A stretch of 64,000 bases of DNA from Heterodontus francisci (lineage: Eukaryota). This document shows, piece by piece, positions 1 to 12,482 of the stretch. Under the pieces are notes generated by a model. The model had not been told where the DNA came from and did not search any database. It saw only the letters and a list, made by a program, of their open reading frames with translations. The position numbers and the translations under genes are program-made. Location: positions 21,644,029 through 21,708,028 of the forward strand of contig NC_090412.1 in assembly GCF_036365525.1 (NCBI RefSeq), given 5' to 3'. The number at the start of each line of letters is the position of its first letter. Position 1 is the first letter of the stretch.

Positions 1-7
1 TCGAACT
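1..7 (-). CDS. SEC31B: SEC31B probable next coding exon, first 7 nt only (runs off window)
   Basis: Minus strand has a strong acceptor tttttgttcacttgcttttccag|AGTTCGA at the window edge; too little sequence to confirm by translation. Confidence 0.4.
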
Positions 8-989
8 CTGGAAAAGCAAGTGAACAAAAAATGCAAGAGTCACTGCTTTGAGGAACAGAAGATATGTTAGCCCGTGAACAAAGTTACAAAATGTACCCAC
101 TTGTTCAGCATACATTACAAGAAGCTTCTTAACCACATATGACTAGATCACAAAGGACCATTCTCTACTTTTGAAAGGCTTTGTAATCACAATTTATGCA
201 TGAGTAATATTTAAACCACACAAAGACTGGATCAGATGTTTTGTGTTCATCGACTCTGGGTGTTTTCATCACGTGTGTGATCAATGTATTATGTTTACCA
301 CCTGCATTCAATGAGGGATTAAACCACACACCACTGGTTCAGCATTTAAAAAAAAAATCCTTACTGTTGCTTATAAGGATAATGTTGGCATCACCAATAA
401 CAGTGAAGATCTACACACGCTTAACAACCTCAGCCAGTTTAAACTTTCAATTTTCATACCTTTATGAATTCTTCCTAAATGACATTACCTGCCAATCCTG
501 AGAACAGTTCTAAACCTGCTGGACTACTCCTGTTGTCCCATCTGCTGGCAACAATCAGGTACTACATAACAATCCAAACAGTTCAGATTTAGACAACTTT
601 TTTTTTAAAAAGATTCTTTCCCTCCTTCCTTATCCCTTTCTAAACTGATTTCCTTATATTCTCATTTTAAAATCATACTGGTTTCTGCAGTTTTCATTTT
701 ATAGCTTTTATTGATCCACAATATTGTGTAATTTTTTTGAAATGGTATATGTTTATTCTGCAACTTTGCAACCTCCTTTTTAAAAATATCTCATTTATGT
801 TTAATCTTGAATGCCAATTTCTATTTCTATCTCACCAAGCTCACTCATCTTTTCAAAATCTGTTCTATTGCAGTGACCGCAATCCAACATAAAATCTAAA
901 GGCCGGTGGAAACATCAGGACAGGAATACGTCATCCAGCCTCTAGATGTCCACATACCCCTATCTATTCACATACTTAAATCACTAAAA

Positions 990-1630
990 GCTAGTGCAAT
1001 TACAAAAAGTAGCATTAACCTTTACCTTAAGGGGTTGGAATTCAGTGAGGAAGTGATGCTTCAGTTGTCCAGATCCCAGCTGGAGTATTCTGTTCTGTTT
1101 TGGGCACCGAATCTCAGGAACGATATATTGGCCTTGGAAGGGGTACAGCACAGATTCACCAGCACGATACCAAGGCTTAAAAGGTCAAATTATGAGGACA
1201 GGTTTCATAAATTTGGCTGCTGTTCCCTTGAGCTGAGAGGTTGAGGGGTGATCTAATTGAGGTATTTAAAATTAAAGGATTTAATAAGCTAGATATAGAG
1301 AAACTATTTTCCCTAGGTGGGGGAATCCAGAAGGCGGCGGCATTAATATGCATCAAATTACAACTAGGGCATTTAAGTGAACTCAGGAAGCACTTCCCCC
1401 TACCTCCCCCAACCTCCCAACATAAAGGGTAGTGGAAATCTGGAAAACACTGCTCCAAAGGGCTGTGGATGTGTCAACTGAAATTTTCAAGATGAAGGTT
1501 TGGTTTATAGTAAGGGTACCAAGGGATATGGATCAATGATGAAGGAATGGAGTTGAGGTACTGATCAGCCACAATCTAACTCAATAGTGGAGCAAACTCA
1601 AAGGGCTGAATGGCCAACTCCTGTTCTTAT
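990..1630 (+). mobile_element. CR1/HER1 LINE 3' fragment, decayed
   Basis: QLEYSVLFWAP..LEGVQHRFT..., RGDLIEVFK and tail gggctgaatggcc...cctgttc. Confidence 0.85.
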
Positions 1631-1926
1631 GAATGCTTCTGGTCAATATCAGTAAATGCAATAAACAGTTTCAAGAGCAGAATCAGTAATTGTATTCCAG
1701 ACAACACAATCTACTGCAGCTTGAACTTCTGTGTCATTACTTCACAATTCAGCTTTACTTAAAATGCGACAACAGTACATGATTTGTCTGGCAAAATACA
1801 GTAAGGATCGCTAATGCTATTCTCTGTTCACAGACATGATGTACCTTGCAAAACATTTGATCATACATGTACTGGGCATCAAGGCCAGTGAAGGTTGGGG
1901 ATTTCTGCAACTGAATCAGCACGTAC

Positions 1927-2019
1927 CTGACTGGAGACACCTGGCATTTTCTGTACACGCTCATTACAGTCCGCTTCTAAACTTTTCAGTCGCGTGCTGC
2001 TCCCTAGAGACGCAGCAAT
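1927..2019 (-). CDS. SEC31B: SEC31B coding exon 12 (IAASLGSSTRLKSLEADCNERVQKMPGVSSQ), divergent linker
   Basis: ttttcag acceptor, CAG|gtacgt donor, 93 nt, phase 0-0, open; position matches the variable exon after ...LGY...KK. Confidence 0.75.
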
Positions 2020-2229
2020 CTGAAAATGACAATTCAAAGTGGTGACCAATTAACAACATTCAGAAAGAAAAAAAAAAAAATCAGACTAAAGCATAAAATA
2101 CAATTATGGACTACTCAAATACAGATGAATAGAAACAAGGGGAGAAAGAAAACACGAAAATGGGGGAGCAAAATAGGGTGTGAAGAGAGTGTGCAACACA
2201 GAACAAGTGAGCGCATAAGGGTGAGAGAG

Positions 2230-2790
2230 AGAATCACAGAATTGTTACATTGCAGGAGGCGGCCATTCGGCCCACCGTGTCTATACCGGCTCTCCAAATG
2301 AGCAATTCACCTAGTGCCACTCCCCCACCTTCTCCCCGTAACCCTGCACATTCTTCCTTTTCTTATAACAGTCCAATTCCCTTTTGAATGCTTCAATTCA
2401 ACCTGCCTCCAGCACACTCTCAGGCAGTGCATTCCAGACCTTAACCACCCACTGCATGAAAAAGTTTTTCCTCGTGTTACTTTTGCTTCTTTTACTAATT
2501 ACTTAAAATCTGCGCCCTCTAGTTCTCAATACTTTCACGATTGGGAACAGTTTCTGCCTACCTACTTTGTCTAGACCCTCATGATTTTGACTACCTTTAT
2601 CAAATCTACTCTCAGCCTTCTCTTCAAAGAAAACAGTCCCAACTTCTCCAAACTATCTTCATAACTGAAGTTCCTAATCCCTGGAATCACTCTTGCAAAT
2701 CTTTTCTGCACTCTCTCCAATGCCCTCACATCTTTCCTAAAGTGTGGCGCCCAGAACTGGACGCAATACTCCAGCTTAGGCCAAACTAGT
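2230..2790 (-). mobile_element. CR1/HER1 LINE 3' fragment
   Basis: LEYCVQFWAPHFRKDVRALERVQKRF on the minus strand; same subfamily as 8110-10425. Confidence 0.9.
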
Positions 2791-3223
2791 GCCAAGTACA
2801 CTAGCAAGTGGCAGCAAGAGAGCATGAAAGAGCAAGAACAGGAGACAGTGACTGGAAACAATGGAGTAGAAAGCAGTGTGATTGAGGCAGGAAAACTTAG
2901 GGAGTTCAAAGTATTTACAGGAAGAAAACAGTTTGAAAGAAACTTGGTTAGCAACATCACAGGAAGTCAATCAGCTAATTTTAAAAAAACATTGCTTTTT
3001 TATAAGAAAAGTTAGCTTTACCTAATTAGTCATTGCCCTCACCAGCTTTCCAGGGAGAGATGCACAAACAAAGGAATTTTAACAAGTCGCCTCAGCTCAC
3101 TTACACCAATCCTCTCAAGCAATATACTTACCGGACCTACAGAGTCGAACCTCACCATGTAACTTCAGAGCTCAGTGAAGATCTTTTACATTTAGAATCC
3201 CCAAAGCCAGAGTATATTTTTAC

Positions 3224-3298
3224 CTTTTTATCCAATCCTCCCTTACTGTAGCCAAGCAGATTCAAATATTTTGTTCGAGGATCTTGTTCGAAGTTTAC
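3224..3298 (-). CDS. SEC31B: SEC31B coding exon 11 (VNFEQDPRTKYLNLLGYSKGGLDKK)
   Basis: ctctag acceptor, AAG|gtaaaa donor, 75 nt; matches the Sec31 VNFExDxRxKYLxLLGY motif. Confidence 0.92.
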
Positions 3299-3799
3299 CT
3301 AGAGGAAGGCAAATATTAATCTGTATTAGCACAAAACTATTTAATCCATATTAATAGTGTATGACATTTAATTAGAGAGCTTTCCTGAGGGATAACTGCA
3401 CTGCCCAGTATGGTACTGTGCCACACAGATTAAGGAGAGCCCTGGTCTGTGCCACATTAGCTGATTTCTGGAGTCTTCATGGAATTGGCTAGGTGCTTCT
3501 GGGGTGGGCAAGAAGATTCCCAGGTTGAATTGTTAGCCATCTGGAAATTGTCCACGTGTAAGGACACAATTCAGTCAACTGCCCTGTTGACAACCTCCAT
3601 TTATGCTCAGGCACATGCAGAACAGTGGCAAGGAACTGGAGAGCTGTGAAACAGCACACTAACAGGAAGAGACAAAAATTGGAGGAAATGGGAATAAAAT
3701 AAAAAAACTAACCAGATTACCACAGAAGCACACACAGGAGCTTTCCAGTATGGGGGGAAACATATCTATTCAAAATAACTGCAAGCATTGCTGGGAATT

Positions 3800-4835
3800 G
3801 GCTGAGTGGAAGGAGACAGAGTAAGGATAATACGCAGGTACTCTAATTGGCAGGATGTGACTAGTGGTGTTCCACTATCTGTGTTGAAGCCTCAACTATT
3901 CATTGTATTCATTAGCAGCTTAGATGAAAGGTTAGAAAGCCACAAAGATAGCAGGCATTGTAAGCAGTGTAGGTGGAAGTGTAAAATTACAAAGACATAT
4001 TGATAGATTAGGTGAATGGGCAAAACTGTAACAAATGAATTTCAATGTAGGAAAACGTGAAGTCAACTATTTTTTTTGCACCAAAAAAAGGCAGAACAGG
4101 ATACACTTTCTAAATGTTGAAAAGCTAGAAACAGTGGAGGCCCAAAGAGAGAGACTTAGGGGTCCAGGTAGACAGATCATTAAAATTTTATGAACAAGTA
4201 CAGAAAATAATCAAAAAGAGCAATGGAATGCTGGCCTTTATACCTCGAGGACTAGAATACAAGGGGGTAGAAGTCATGCTTTAGCTACACAAAGCCCTAG
4301 TTATACCACACCAGGAGCACTGTGAGCAGTTCTGGGCACCACACCTTAAGAAGGATATACTGGCCTTAGAGGTAGTGCAGCATAGATTTATTGGAATGAT
4401 ACCTGGACTCTAAGGGTAAGCTACAAGGAGATTGCACAAACTAAGGTTGCAATCGCTGGAATTTAAAAGGTTAAAGAGTGATTTGATCGAAGTTTTCAAG
4501 ATATTCAGGGAAACTGATAGGGCAGATAGATAGATAGAAAGAAACTATTTCCACTAGTTGGAGTGTCTAGATACGGGCGCATAGTCTAAAAATTAGAGCC
4601 AGATCATTCATGAGTGAAATTAACATTTCTTCTTGCAGAGGGTGGTAGAAGTTTAGAACTCTTCTGCAAACAGCACTTGATGCTGGATGAATTGTTAATT
4701 TTAAAACTGATATTGATTATATAATGGTATTCAGGGAGATGGGGCAAAGGCAGGTATATGGAGCTGGTCGCAGATCAGCCATGATCTAACAATGGCAGAA
4801 CAGGCTCAAGAGGCTAAATGGCCTACTCCTGTGCC
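3800..4835 (+). mobile_element. CR1 LINE 3' fragment, decayed
   Basis: WQDVTSGVP..SVL.PQLF RT remnant and CR1-type 3' UTR. Confidence 0.85.
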
Positions 4836-5344
4836 TTTGGGAATTATTTCAAATCCATTTTTTTTTGAAGGAAAGGGAACCCAGATCAACACTGCTGTCA
4901 AATGTGAGAAGGGATGTTAGAAATGTAATATTTTATCCACCTTTATAAAAGATCAGCAGACTTTAGGAACTCTGTCACTTCACAGAAAGACTTGCAAGTC
5001 ATTTCAAAAATGGTATTGATTATTTTTCAAACTGAAGTTTACATAATACATTCAACTATAGACTGGGGTAAAATTTAGTGAAGAATAATTCACACACAGA
5101 AATCTCAAAGCTGATGGCACAAGAAACAAAACCCTGTCATATAAAATTTCTGTATTATAACTTCATTAAACAACATTTTTGGCAGAGTACAGTGAAGATT
5201 TTTTTTTATGATTTCAGACAGCTGTCCTAAAAGTGTCTGGTTGTTTTTAATGGCAGAAGGAATACTGTATGCAAAAACTGTATGAAAATAGTTATCAGTT
5301 TCAAGAGGCGATTTTACATTGAGGGGAATGAGTGATGGAAACTG

Positions 5345-5730
5345 TAGCTAAAATCTGCATCCTCATATTTAAGTTCCTTCACGGTCTTGTCTCATCTTTG
5401 TAATTTCCTGCAGCTCTATAATCCCACCTCCCAAGCTCTCTGCACCTCTCAATTAGGGCCCTTTTACATTACCACGCCCCACATAGTCACTCTCCCCACC
5501 ATTGGTGATCGTGCTTTCAGTTGCCCAGACCGCACGCTCCTGGAACCCTTCCCCATTCTCTCCCCTTCGTTTTTAGGACTATCCTCAACATGCATCCTTG
5601 ATAAAGCTTTTGGTCACCCATCCTACTAACTCCTCCTTTGCCTCAGCTTCAATATTTATTACACCTCTGTAAAGTACTTTGGGACTTCTTTTCTACATTA
5701 AAGGAACCGTAAAAGTGCAAGTTTTTGCTG
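5345..5730 (+). mobile_element. L2-type LINE 3' end
   Basis: ccaccattggtgatcgtgctttcag, aaagcttttggtcacc and ctacattaaagg..tgcaagtt tail typical of shark L2. Confidence 0.65.
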
Positions 5731-6256
5731 CAGTAATCAGATTGTTTATTTGGCACGTGCCTTCATTGTTTGAAATTACAGTGCATGTTGGAGCTAGAAA
5801 CCAGCGATTGCTTCAACACAAGGAGAGCCAGCATGGATTCGATAGGCCGAATTGCCTCCAATGTCGTATATAACTATGAGTGTTAGACAAAATTGCTTGG
5901 CCAGTCAAACAACTGAACAGATGCCAAACAGGTTTCTACTCACACCTTGTCCACTTAAATGGTGAAATAATTAGTATTCTGACCCTCAAAGAAACCTGCC
6001 TGCCATTTAAGGAAAGCCAAGTGATTGGATATGTGGCTGCCCGTTCGCCTGTTGGTTCCGCGCTGCAGCAGCATACGGGGCTTTGTGGAGCTCACGCACA
6101 CACATTATTCCATTGAAAACTTCAGTTAAAATATTCTGAAGAGGGCTACACTACTTTGGACTAATTTTTGTTTCAGGAACAATGTTGACTGTGTGAATTT
6201 TAACAGGCACATTCAGCAAACTCTAACATTCAGTAAGCTGTCAAAGCAGTATATAC

Positions 6257-6487
6257 CTTCAAGAAGTTCCAGATGTTCTTTTCAAAGTCTGTGAGTGCCA
6301 TGTTAATCTTGGACTGACAGTACTGAATAAACGCCTCTGAACGGAGGGCTGTCTGCAGCTGGTTGGAACGGCACAAAAATTCGGTTTCCGTAGTAACCAC
6401 ACTGACAAACACTTGACGCGAAACAGACTGTTGTATCTGTGCTGGAGTTGCTTTCGAGTTGGCAAAAGTGATCAGCTTCCCTCCAAA
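6257..6487 (-). CDS. SEC31B: SEC31B coding exon 10 (FGGKLITF...EKNIWNFLK)
   Basis: ttgcag acceptor, AAG|gtatat donor, 231 nt; FGGKL and VTTETEFL..RS..LQ motifs. Confidence 0.95.
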
Positions 6488-8109
6488 CTGCAACAGTGAA
6501 GATGCAGGGTAAAAAAAAAAAGTCTGAAAGACAATCTCAGCTTCTTTATTTACAATTATAAAGATGTGCATTCTCGGCTTAATCAGCCTCTCTGCAGTGT
6601 TTTCAACCATCTTAAAAGACAGTTAGTAAACCCAACAGATTTAATCAAGTCTCCACATACAAATCCCCAAAGTTATATATATGCTCCAAACTACAAATGT
6701 TGCTTCAGTGACAGATTGCGCCTTTATGGAACAAAATTAACTGGTGCACATACACAAAGCATTTTCACTTTACTGTATTAATCTTATTGACTTAGTAACA
6801 GGCCCAATGCAGAGGAACTATCTTCTCTAAGTTTATTAACACATCCCCACACACTGTGGAAATAGTTTGATCTCATGGGTTAGCATTTTTTCGACAACTT
6901 CTTGTTAAGTCTAGGGCATCCTAAGGGACTTCTGAAAAACAAAGCAGGCACTAAAAATCTTGGCAAGCACTGGGAAATCCAACTTTTGCCACTTAATGTC
7001 TTCAGTGCCAAGGCTGACACGGCTGCTCTTTCCCAACATTACAGGTAACAGAACATCTCAGTCATAGAGGCACAGAATGCAGCCATTCAGCCCATCAAGT
7101 CCATGCCAGCTCCCTGTAGAATAACCCAGTCAGTCCCATTCCCCCACTCTATACTCGTGCCATCTTGTACTCTGTAGAAAAGCACTCATACTAGGAATTC
7201 AAAAATACCTGTTTTTTTTTAAGAACAAAGTTCAATGGAACATTACCTGGAATTATGCAGCAATAATTTCACCGAAAGCCACTCCCTGCTTTCAAAAAGT
7301 AAATAAACGCAGTGCTCTGGGCTGCATTTTTCGAAAATACGATGTCAGCTCTCATCAGGGAAAGACGTCTACCACGATACAAATATTTGAGTTTCCTGAA
7401 ATGGCCCAGTTTTGCCTCAGACTTAAGCCGACCATAATGACAGTCACTCATGCACTGCCAACATAACCCGATTACATGCTTGCTGTGATAGTGGCTGAGG
7501 CCACGGTGCAGGCTTAAGGCCCTGTGTCCCTGAAATATTTGCAAGTTTAGAATAAATAGACTTCAAAGTACACTAACAAAGCATGATACTGCTCTGAACA
7601 GAATTCCAATGCAGGGAATTACTAGACGTGAAACCAAGAGATCCATCAATAACCACTAAAGGCGATTTCTCCATCTTGTGGATTAGCTTCAGGCATAGTT
7701 CGAATAGTAAGAGAAGTGGAAGAAGCCTGCACAGTGTGACATTTTTTAAGCAAAACATTCTGGCTTATTTCCTAGGACCTGGCAAATCATACAGACTCTG
7801 TGGAAAAAAACCTACAACTACTGAGGAAAGCAAACGAAAAACAAGGGAACACTTCAATTTTTTTTACAAGCTGCCGTTTTGCCAAAGATAGACCTGAAAA
7901 ATCTCGCCTTTGCAAGTTTACAACCAAAGGTTGTTAGAATAAAATGATAGTCTATGATGGTACTATACCAAATACCTGATGGGATAACTAATGGCGCAGA
8001 GTGGAGTCCAAAATGCCAATTTAGCCAACAGCCAACTTTGGCAGGGTGGTGGGTGGTGGAAACCAGGGAAACAAGTCATGCCATTTTTCTGAAACAGATT
8101 GCACACACA

Positions 8110-10425
8110 GGTTCACAGAGTTGTTGCAGTGCAGAAGGAGGCCATTCGGCCCATCATGTCTGCACTGGCTCTCTGAAAGCGCAACTCCGTCAGTTCCATT
8201 CCCCTGCCTTCTCCCCATAACCCTGCACATTCTTCCTTTTCATAACTATCCAATTCCCTTTTGAATGCTTCAATTGAACCTGCCTCCACCACGCTCTCCG
8301 GCAACGCATTCCAGAGCTTGACCACTCGCTGCGTGAAAAAGTTTTTCCTCATCTCACTTTTGCTTCTCTTACCTATTACTTCAAATCTGTGCCCTCTCAT
8401 TCTCGATTCTTTCATGAGTGGGAACAGTTTCTCCCTATCTACTCCATCCAGACCCCTCATGATTTTGTATAGGTATCAAATCACCTTTCAGCCTTCTCTT
8501 CTCCAAGGAAAACAGTCCTAACCTCTCCAATCTATCTTCATAACTGAAATTCCTCATCCTTGGAACCATTCTCGTGAAGCTCTTCTGTACTCTCTCCAAT
8601 GCCCTCAAGCTTTTCCTCAAGTACAGTGCCCAGAATTGGATACACTACTCCTGTTGAGGCCGAACTAGTGTCTTATACAAGTTCAACATAACTTCCTTGC
8701 TATTGTACTCTATGCCCCTATTAAAGCCCAGGATACCGTATGCTTTATTAACTGCTCCCTCAACCTGTACTGCCACCTTAAGTAACTTATGCACATATAC
8801 ACCCAGGTCCCTCTGCTCCTGCACCCTCTTTAAAATTGTGCCCTTTACTCTCCATTGTCTCTCCATGTTCTTCCTATCAAAATAAATCACCTCTCATTTC
8901 TCAGCATTGAACTTCATCTGCCACCTGTCTGCCCATTCCACCAACTTGTCTATGTCCTTTTGAAGTTCTACACTATGCTCCTCACAGTTCACAATGCTTC
9001 CAAGTTTTGGATCATCTGCAAACTTTAAAATTGCGCCCTGTACACCAAGGTCTAGATCATTAATATATATCAGGAAAAGCAAGGGTCCCAACACTGATCC
9101 CTGGGGAACTTCACTACAAACCTTCCTCCAGCCGCACAAACATCCATTAACCACTACTCTGTTTCCTGTCACTCTGCCAATTTTGTATCCATTTTGCTAC
9201 CATCTCTTCTATTCCATGAGCTACAAGTTTGCTCACAAGTCTGTTGTGTGACACTGTATCAAATGCCTTTTGAAAGTCTATGTACACCACATCAACAGCA
9301 TTGCCCTCATCAACCCTCTCGGTTACCTCCTCAAAAAACTCCAGCAAGTTAAACATGATTTTCCCTTAAGAAATCCATGTTGGCTTTCCTTAATTAACTT
9401 GCATTTGTCCATGTGACCATTGATTTTGTTCCAAATTACTTCTTCTGGCAGTTGACCCACCACTGAAGTTAAATTGTTTGGCCTGCAGTTGCTGGGCTTA
9501 TCTTTACACCCTTTTTTGAAAAAGGGTGTAACGTTTGCAATTCTCCAGTGCTCTGGCACCACCCGAGTCTAAGGAAGACTGAAAAATTATGGTCAATGCC
9601 TCTGTGATTTCCACCCTCAATTCCCTCAGTATCCTTGGATGCATCTCATCCGGCACTGGTACTTTAACCACTTTAAGTACAGACAGCCTATCGAATACTT
9701 CCTCTATCAATTTTAAACCCCTCTAGTGTCTTACTTACCTCCTCTTTCATCATTGCCTAAGTTGCATCTTCATCCTTGGTAAAGATGCAAAGTATTCATT
9801 TAATACCTCAGCTATGCCCTCTGCTTCCATGTGTAAATCCCCTTTCTGGTCTCTAATCGGCCCCACTCCTCCTTTTACCACCCTTTTACTACTTATATGC
9901 CTAAAGAAAACTTCGGGATTTCCTTTAATGCTAGCTGCCAGTCTCCTTTCATGCTCTCTCTTTGCTTCTCTTATTTGCTTTTTCACTTCCCCTCTGGACC
10001 TTCTAGATTCAGCCTGGTTCTCAATAGTATTTTCTACCTGGCATCTGTCATAAGCACACTTTTTCTTCTTTATCTTAATCTCTAACTCTTTTGTCATCCA
10101 GGGAGCTCTGGATTTGTTTGCTCTACTTTTCCCCTTCGAGGGAACATACCTTGACTGTGCCGGAACTCTCCCTTCTTAAAAGGTAGCACATTGGTCATCT
10201 ACCGGTTTTCCTGCCAGCTTTCAACTCCAATTTATTCACCCCAGCTCCATTCTTACCCCATTGAAGTTGGCCTTCCCCCAGTTAATTCTTACCCTGGATT
10301 ACTCTTTTTCCTTTTCCATAGTGAGCTTAAACCTTATGATACAATGATACCTGATCCACTTGGCCCACCTCATTCCCAAGAACCAGGTCTAGCAGTGCCT
10401 TCTTTCTTGTTGGACTAGCAACATA
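8110..10425 (-). mobile_element. 5'-truncated CR1/HER1 LINE (~2.3 kb) with frameshifted RT
   Basis: HWRIANVTPFFKKG, VVYIDFQKAFDTVSH, VPQGSVLGPLLFLIYINDL and KFADD motifs in broken frames. Confidence 0.95.
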
Positions 10426-10648
10426 CTGGATATTAATTTTCAACTTTACACCATATCGCCTTTGACTTTTTTGATGTTGTACTTCAGCATCACAGCTCCC
10501 TTACAACACGTGACAACTCCATATTTAGACCGCAGTTTGTATTGAAATATAGGAATGCTCTTAACGCCAAAGAAGATGGGGGCTGGTCAAACTAGCAAGG
10601 CAGTGCGCTTCATCGACCAAAAGCACGACGCAACAAGGTGCAACTCAC

Positions 10649-10801
10649 AGCAAATGATGCTCCCACGGGTCTACGGATCCATTTGGGGGGTTTTTTCAAA
10701 GGAAGCACCACAGTGGGCCGAACTGCCTTCTGTGGGATATCTAAAGGAGGGAGAGTCTGTCCAGTGCCAAATGGGTCCAGATTGTTGAATGAGGAAGAAA
10801 T
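10649..10801 (-). CDS. SEC31B: SEC31B coding exon 9 ([20 protein letters not shown]...[16 protein letters not shown])
   Basis: atttag acceptor, GCT|gtgagt donor, 153 nt; [10 protein letters not shown] is the Sec31 signature. Confidence 0.96.
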
Positions 10802-11654
10802 CTAAATGCAAAAACAAAATCACAAAAGGCATTTTAGGGAAGACTGATGGATTAAAGCCTGCAACACTTAACTTTGAATGCAGCAGTGAATACCAAACAC
10901 TTCAGATGCTCTTTAATTTTCAGAACATTTACACTGGTCATTTAGCATTTTGCATCGGGATAGGGAAAGGGTGAATTTGAGATCTCTGGTTCAATCTAAA
11001 TCTGTTCAATTGACAAAAATGACACCTCGGGCAGTGCGGGATGGGGAAGTGTAGGGAACTTGACAGAGAGCCACAGTGATCCGGGAGCACCTGAAGCATG
11101 GATGAGTTACAGGCCAAACCCTCCAGGCTGTTTATTTCATGGTTCCTTGTGACATTCAATATCATACTTAAAATTATCAGGGAGAAGTGTGCATGAGAGA
11201 GGAGTTATCTTGGGTGGAGATTAAATGAGGGACATTAACAATTTGGCAGGGTAACTGCAGCAATAAATGTCATAGACTGCCTGTGGTAGATCATTGGCGG
11301 CAGCATAAAAGACACTGTCCACTGGAAATATTTTCCTGCTTCACAGCTGGAGATGGCTGCAATTTAGCAAGAGGTACGTGAAGAGCTGAAATGAGGAATG
11401 GGTGAGGTGATAATACAATTCAACAAAACTTACACGGAACACAGTAGCAAACAGCAATGCTAAAAAATTGTGGACATCTCCCCATTCCCCTAAAATATCA
11501 CGCATAATCTACTACTTCATTTAAAAAGGAAAATGAACAGCTTTCAAAATTCTAGTTTTAATTATTTGATCAAAGTTAATGCCACATATTCAACATTTGT
11601 GGTTTTGAGTTCTTCCAATGCTTCTCACTTTAATGACATTCGTATGCTGGGTCA

Positions 11655-11977
11655 ACTGTAGCCTAATCAGTAGCACTCTCACCTCAGCCAAAAGGTTGAG
11701 TGTTCAAGTTCACACGCCAGAGATTTGAGCATAAAAATCAAGGCTGACACTCTAGTGCAGCACTGAGGGAGTGCAGCATTGTCAGAGGCTCCCTCTTTCG
11801 GATGCAACATGAAACAGAGGCCTCGTCTGCCCTCTCAGGTGCATGTAAAAGATCACACAAAACTACTTAGGAGGAGTAGGGGAGATCCTCAGTGTCCTGG
11901 TCAATATTTATCTCTTAATCAACATCACCAAAACAGATTATCTGGGCATCATCATATTGTTGTTTCTGAGACCTTAC
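11655..11977 (+). mobile_element. Deu-domain tRNA SINE (SacSINE1-like), 3'-truncated at a SEC31B donor
   Basis: tRNA-like head tagcactc...gttcaag; body ggctgacactc.agtgcag, gtaaaagatc, aacagattatctgg shared with other copies in the window. Confidence 0.8.
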
Positions 11978-12139
11978 TTTGTCAACATGGTTTTGTTTCT
12001 GTGCCTCCAGACTCCCTCCCATTACAGAATAAACACTAATCCTCCCATCGAAGGATGCAGCTGAGAGGACTGCTGGATTTCGAGGGCACCACTGGACGTC
12101 AAAGCACCACTGACTGCTTGTTGGCAGCTCGTAGACCAC
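11978..12139 (-). CDS. SEC31B: SEC31B coding exon 8 ([22 protein letters not shown]...HVDK)
   Basis: tttcag acceptor, AAA|gtaagg donor, 162 nt; WD40 repeat. Confidence 0.96.
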
Positions 12140-12382
12140 CTGAAATCAATTAACAGCAACACAGTGTATGATCAAAACAGTCCTTGCACTAGTCTGTAAG
12201 AGTTAGCAAAATTAGGCTGGTGTTACTTGAACTCGAAAGAACAATTCATTTCAATTAACTGATCAACTACTGTGGCTTATACAGTAGTAGTGTTTTATAT
12301 CATCCGGAGTCATAAAAATTCAGTTCCATTACATATAGTGTATCACCAGACTGAATAATTACTGTATGTGACTGTCACTCAC

Positions 12383-12482
12383 CTCTCCAGTGTTGGGATT
12401 CCAGCATAAGATCCTATTGTCTTTCGCACTGCTAAGGAGCAACTCTGCATCAGCTTGACACCATGATATGGACAGAATACCT
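12383..12482 (-). CDS. SEC31B: SEC31B coding exon 7 ([33 protein letters not shown])
   Basis: ttcag acceptor, GAG|gtgagt donor, 100 nt, phase 2-0; [11 protein letters not shown] is SEC31B-like. Confidence 0.96.

Noticed and set aside
230-275. C/D-box-like motifs on the minus strand (GTGATGA...CTGA)
   Set aside because: Only ~40 nt between boxes and no terminal stem; too short for a snoRNA
488-562. Possible extra SEC31B exon ending CAG|gtaatg
   Set aside because: Weak acceptors; the alternatives give an in-frame stop or a peptide with no Sec31 resemblance
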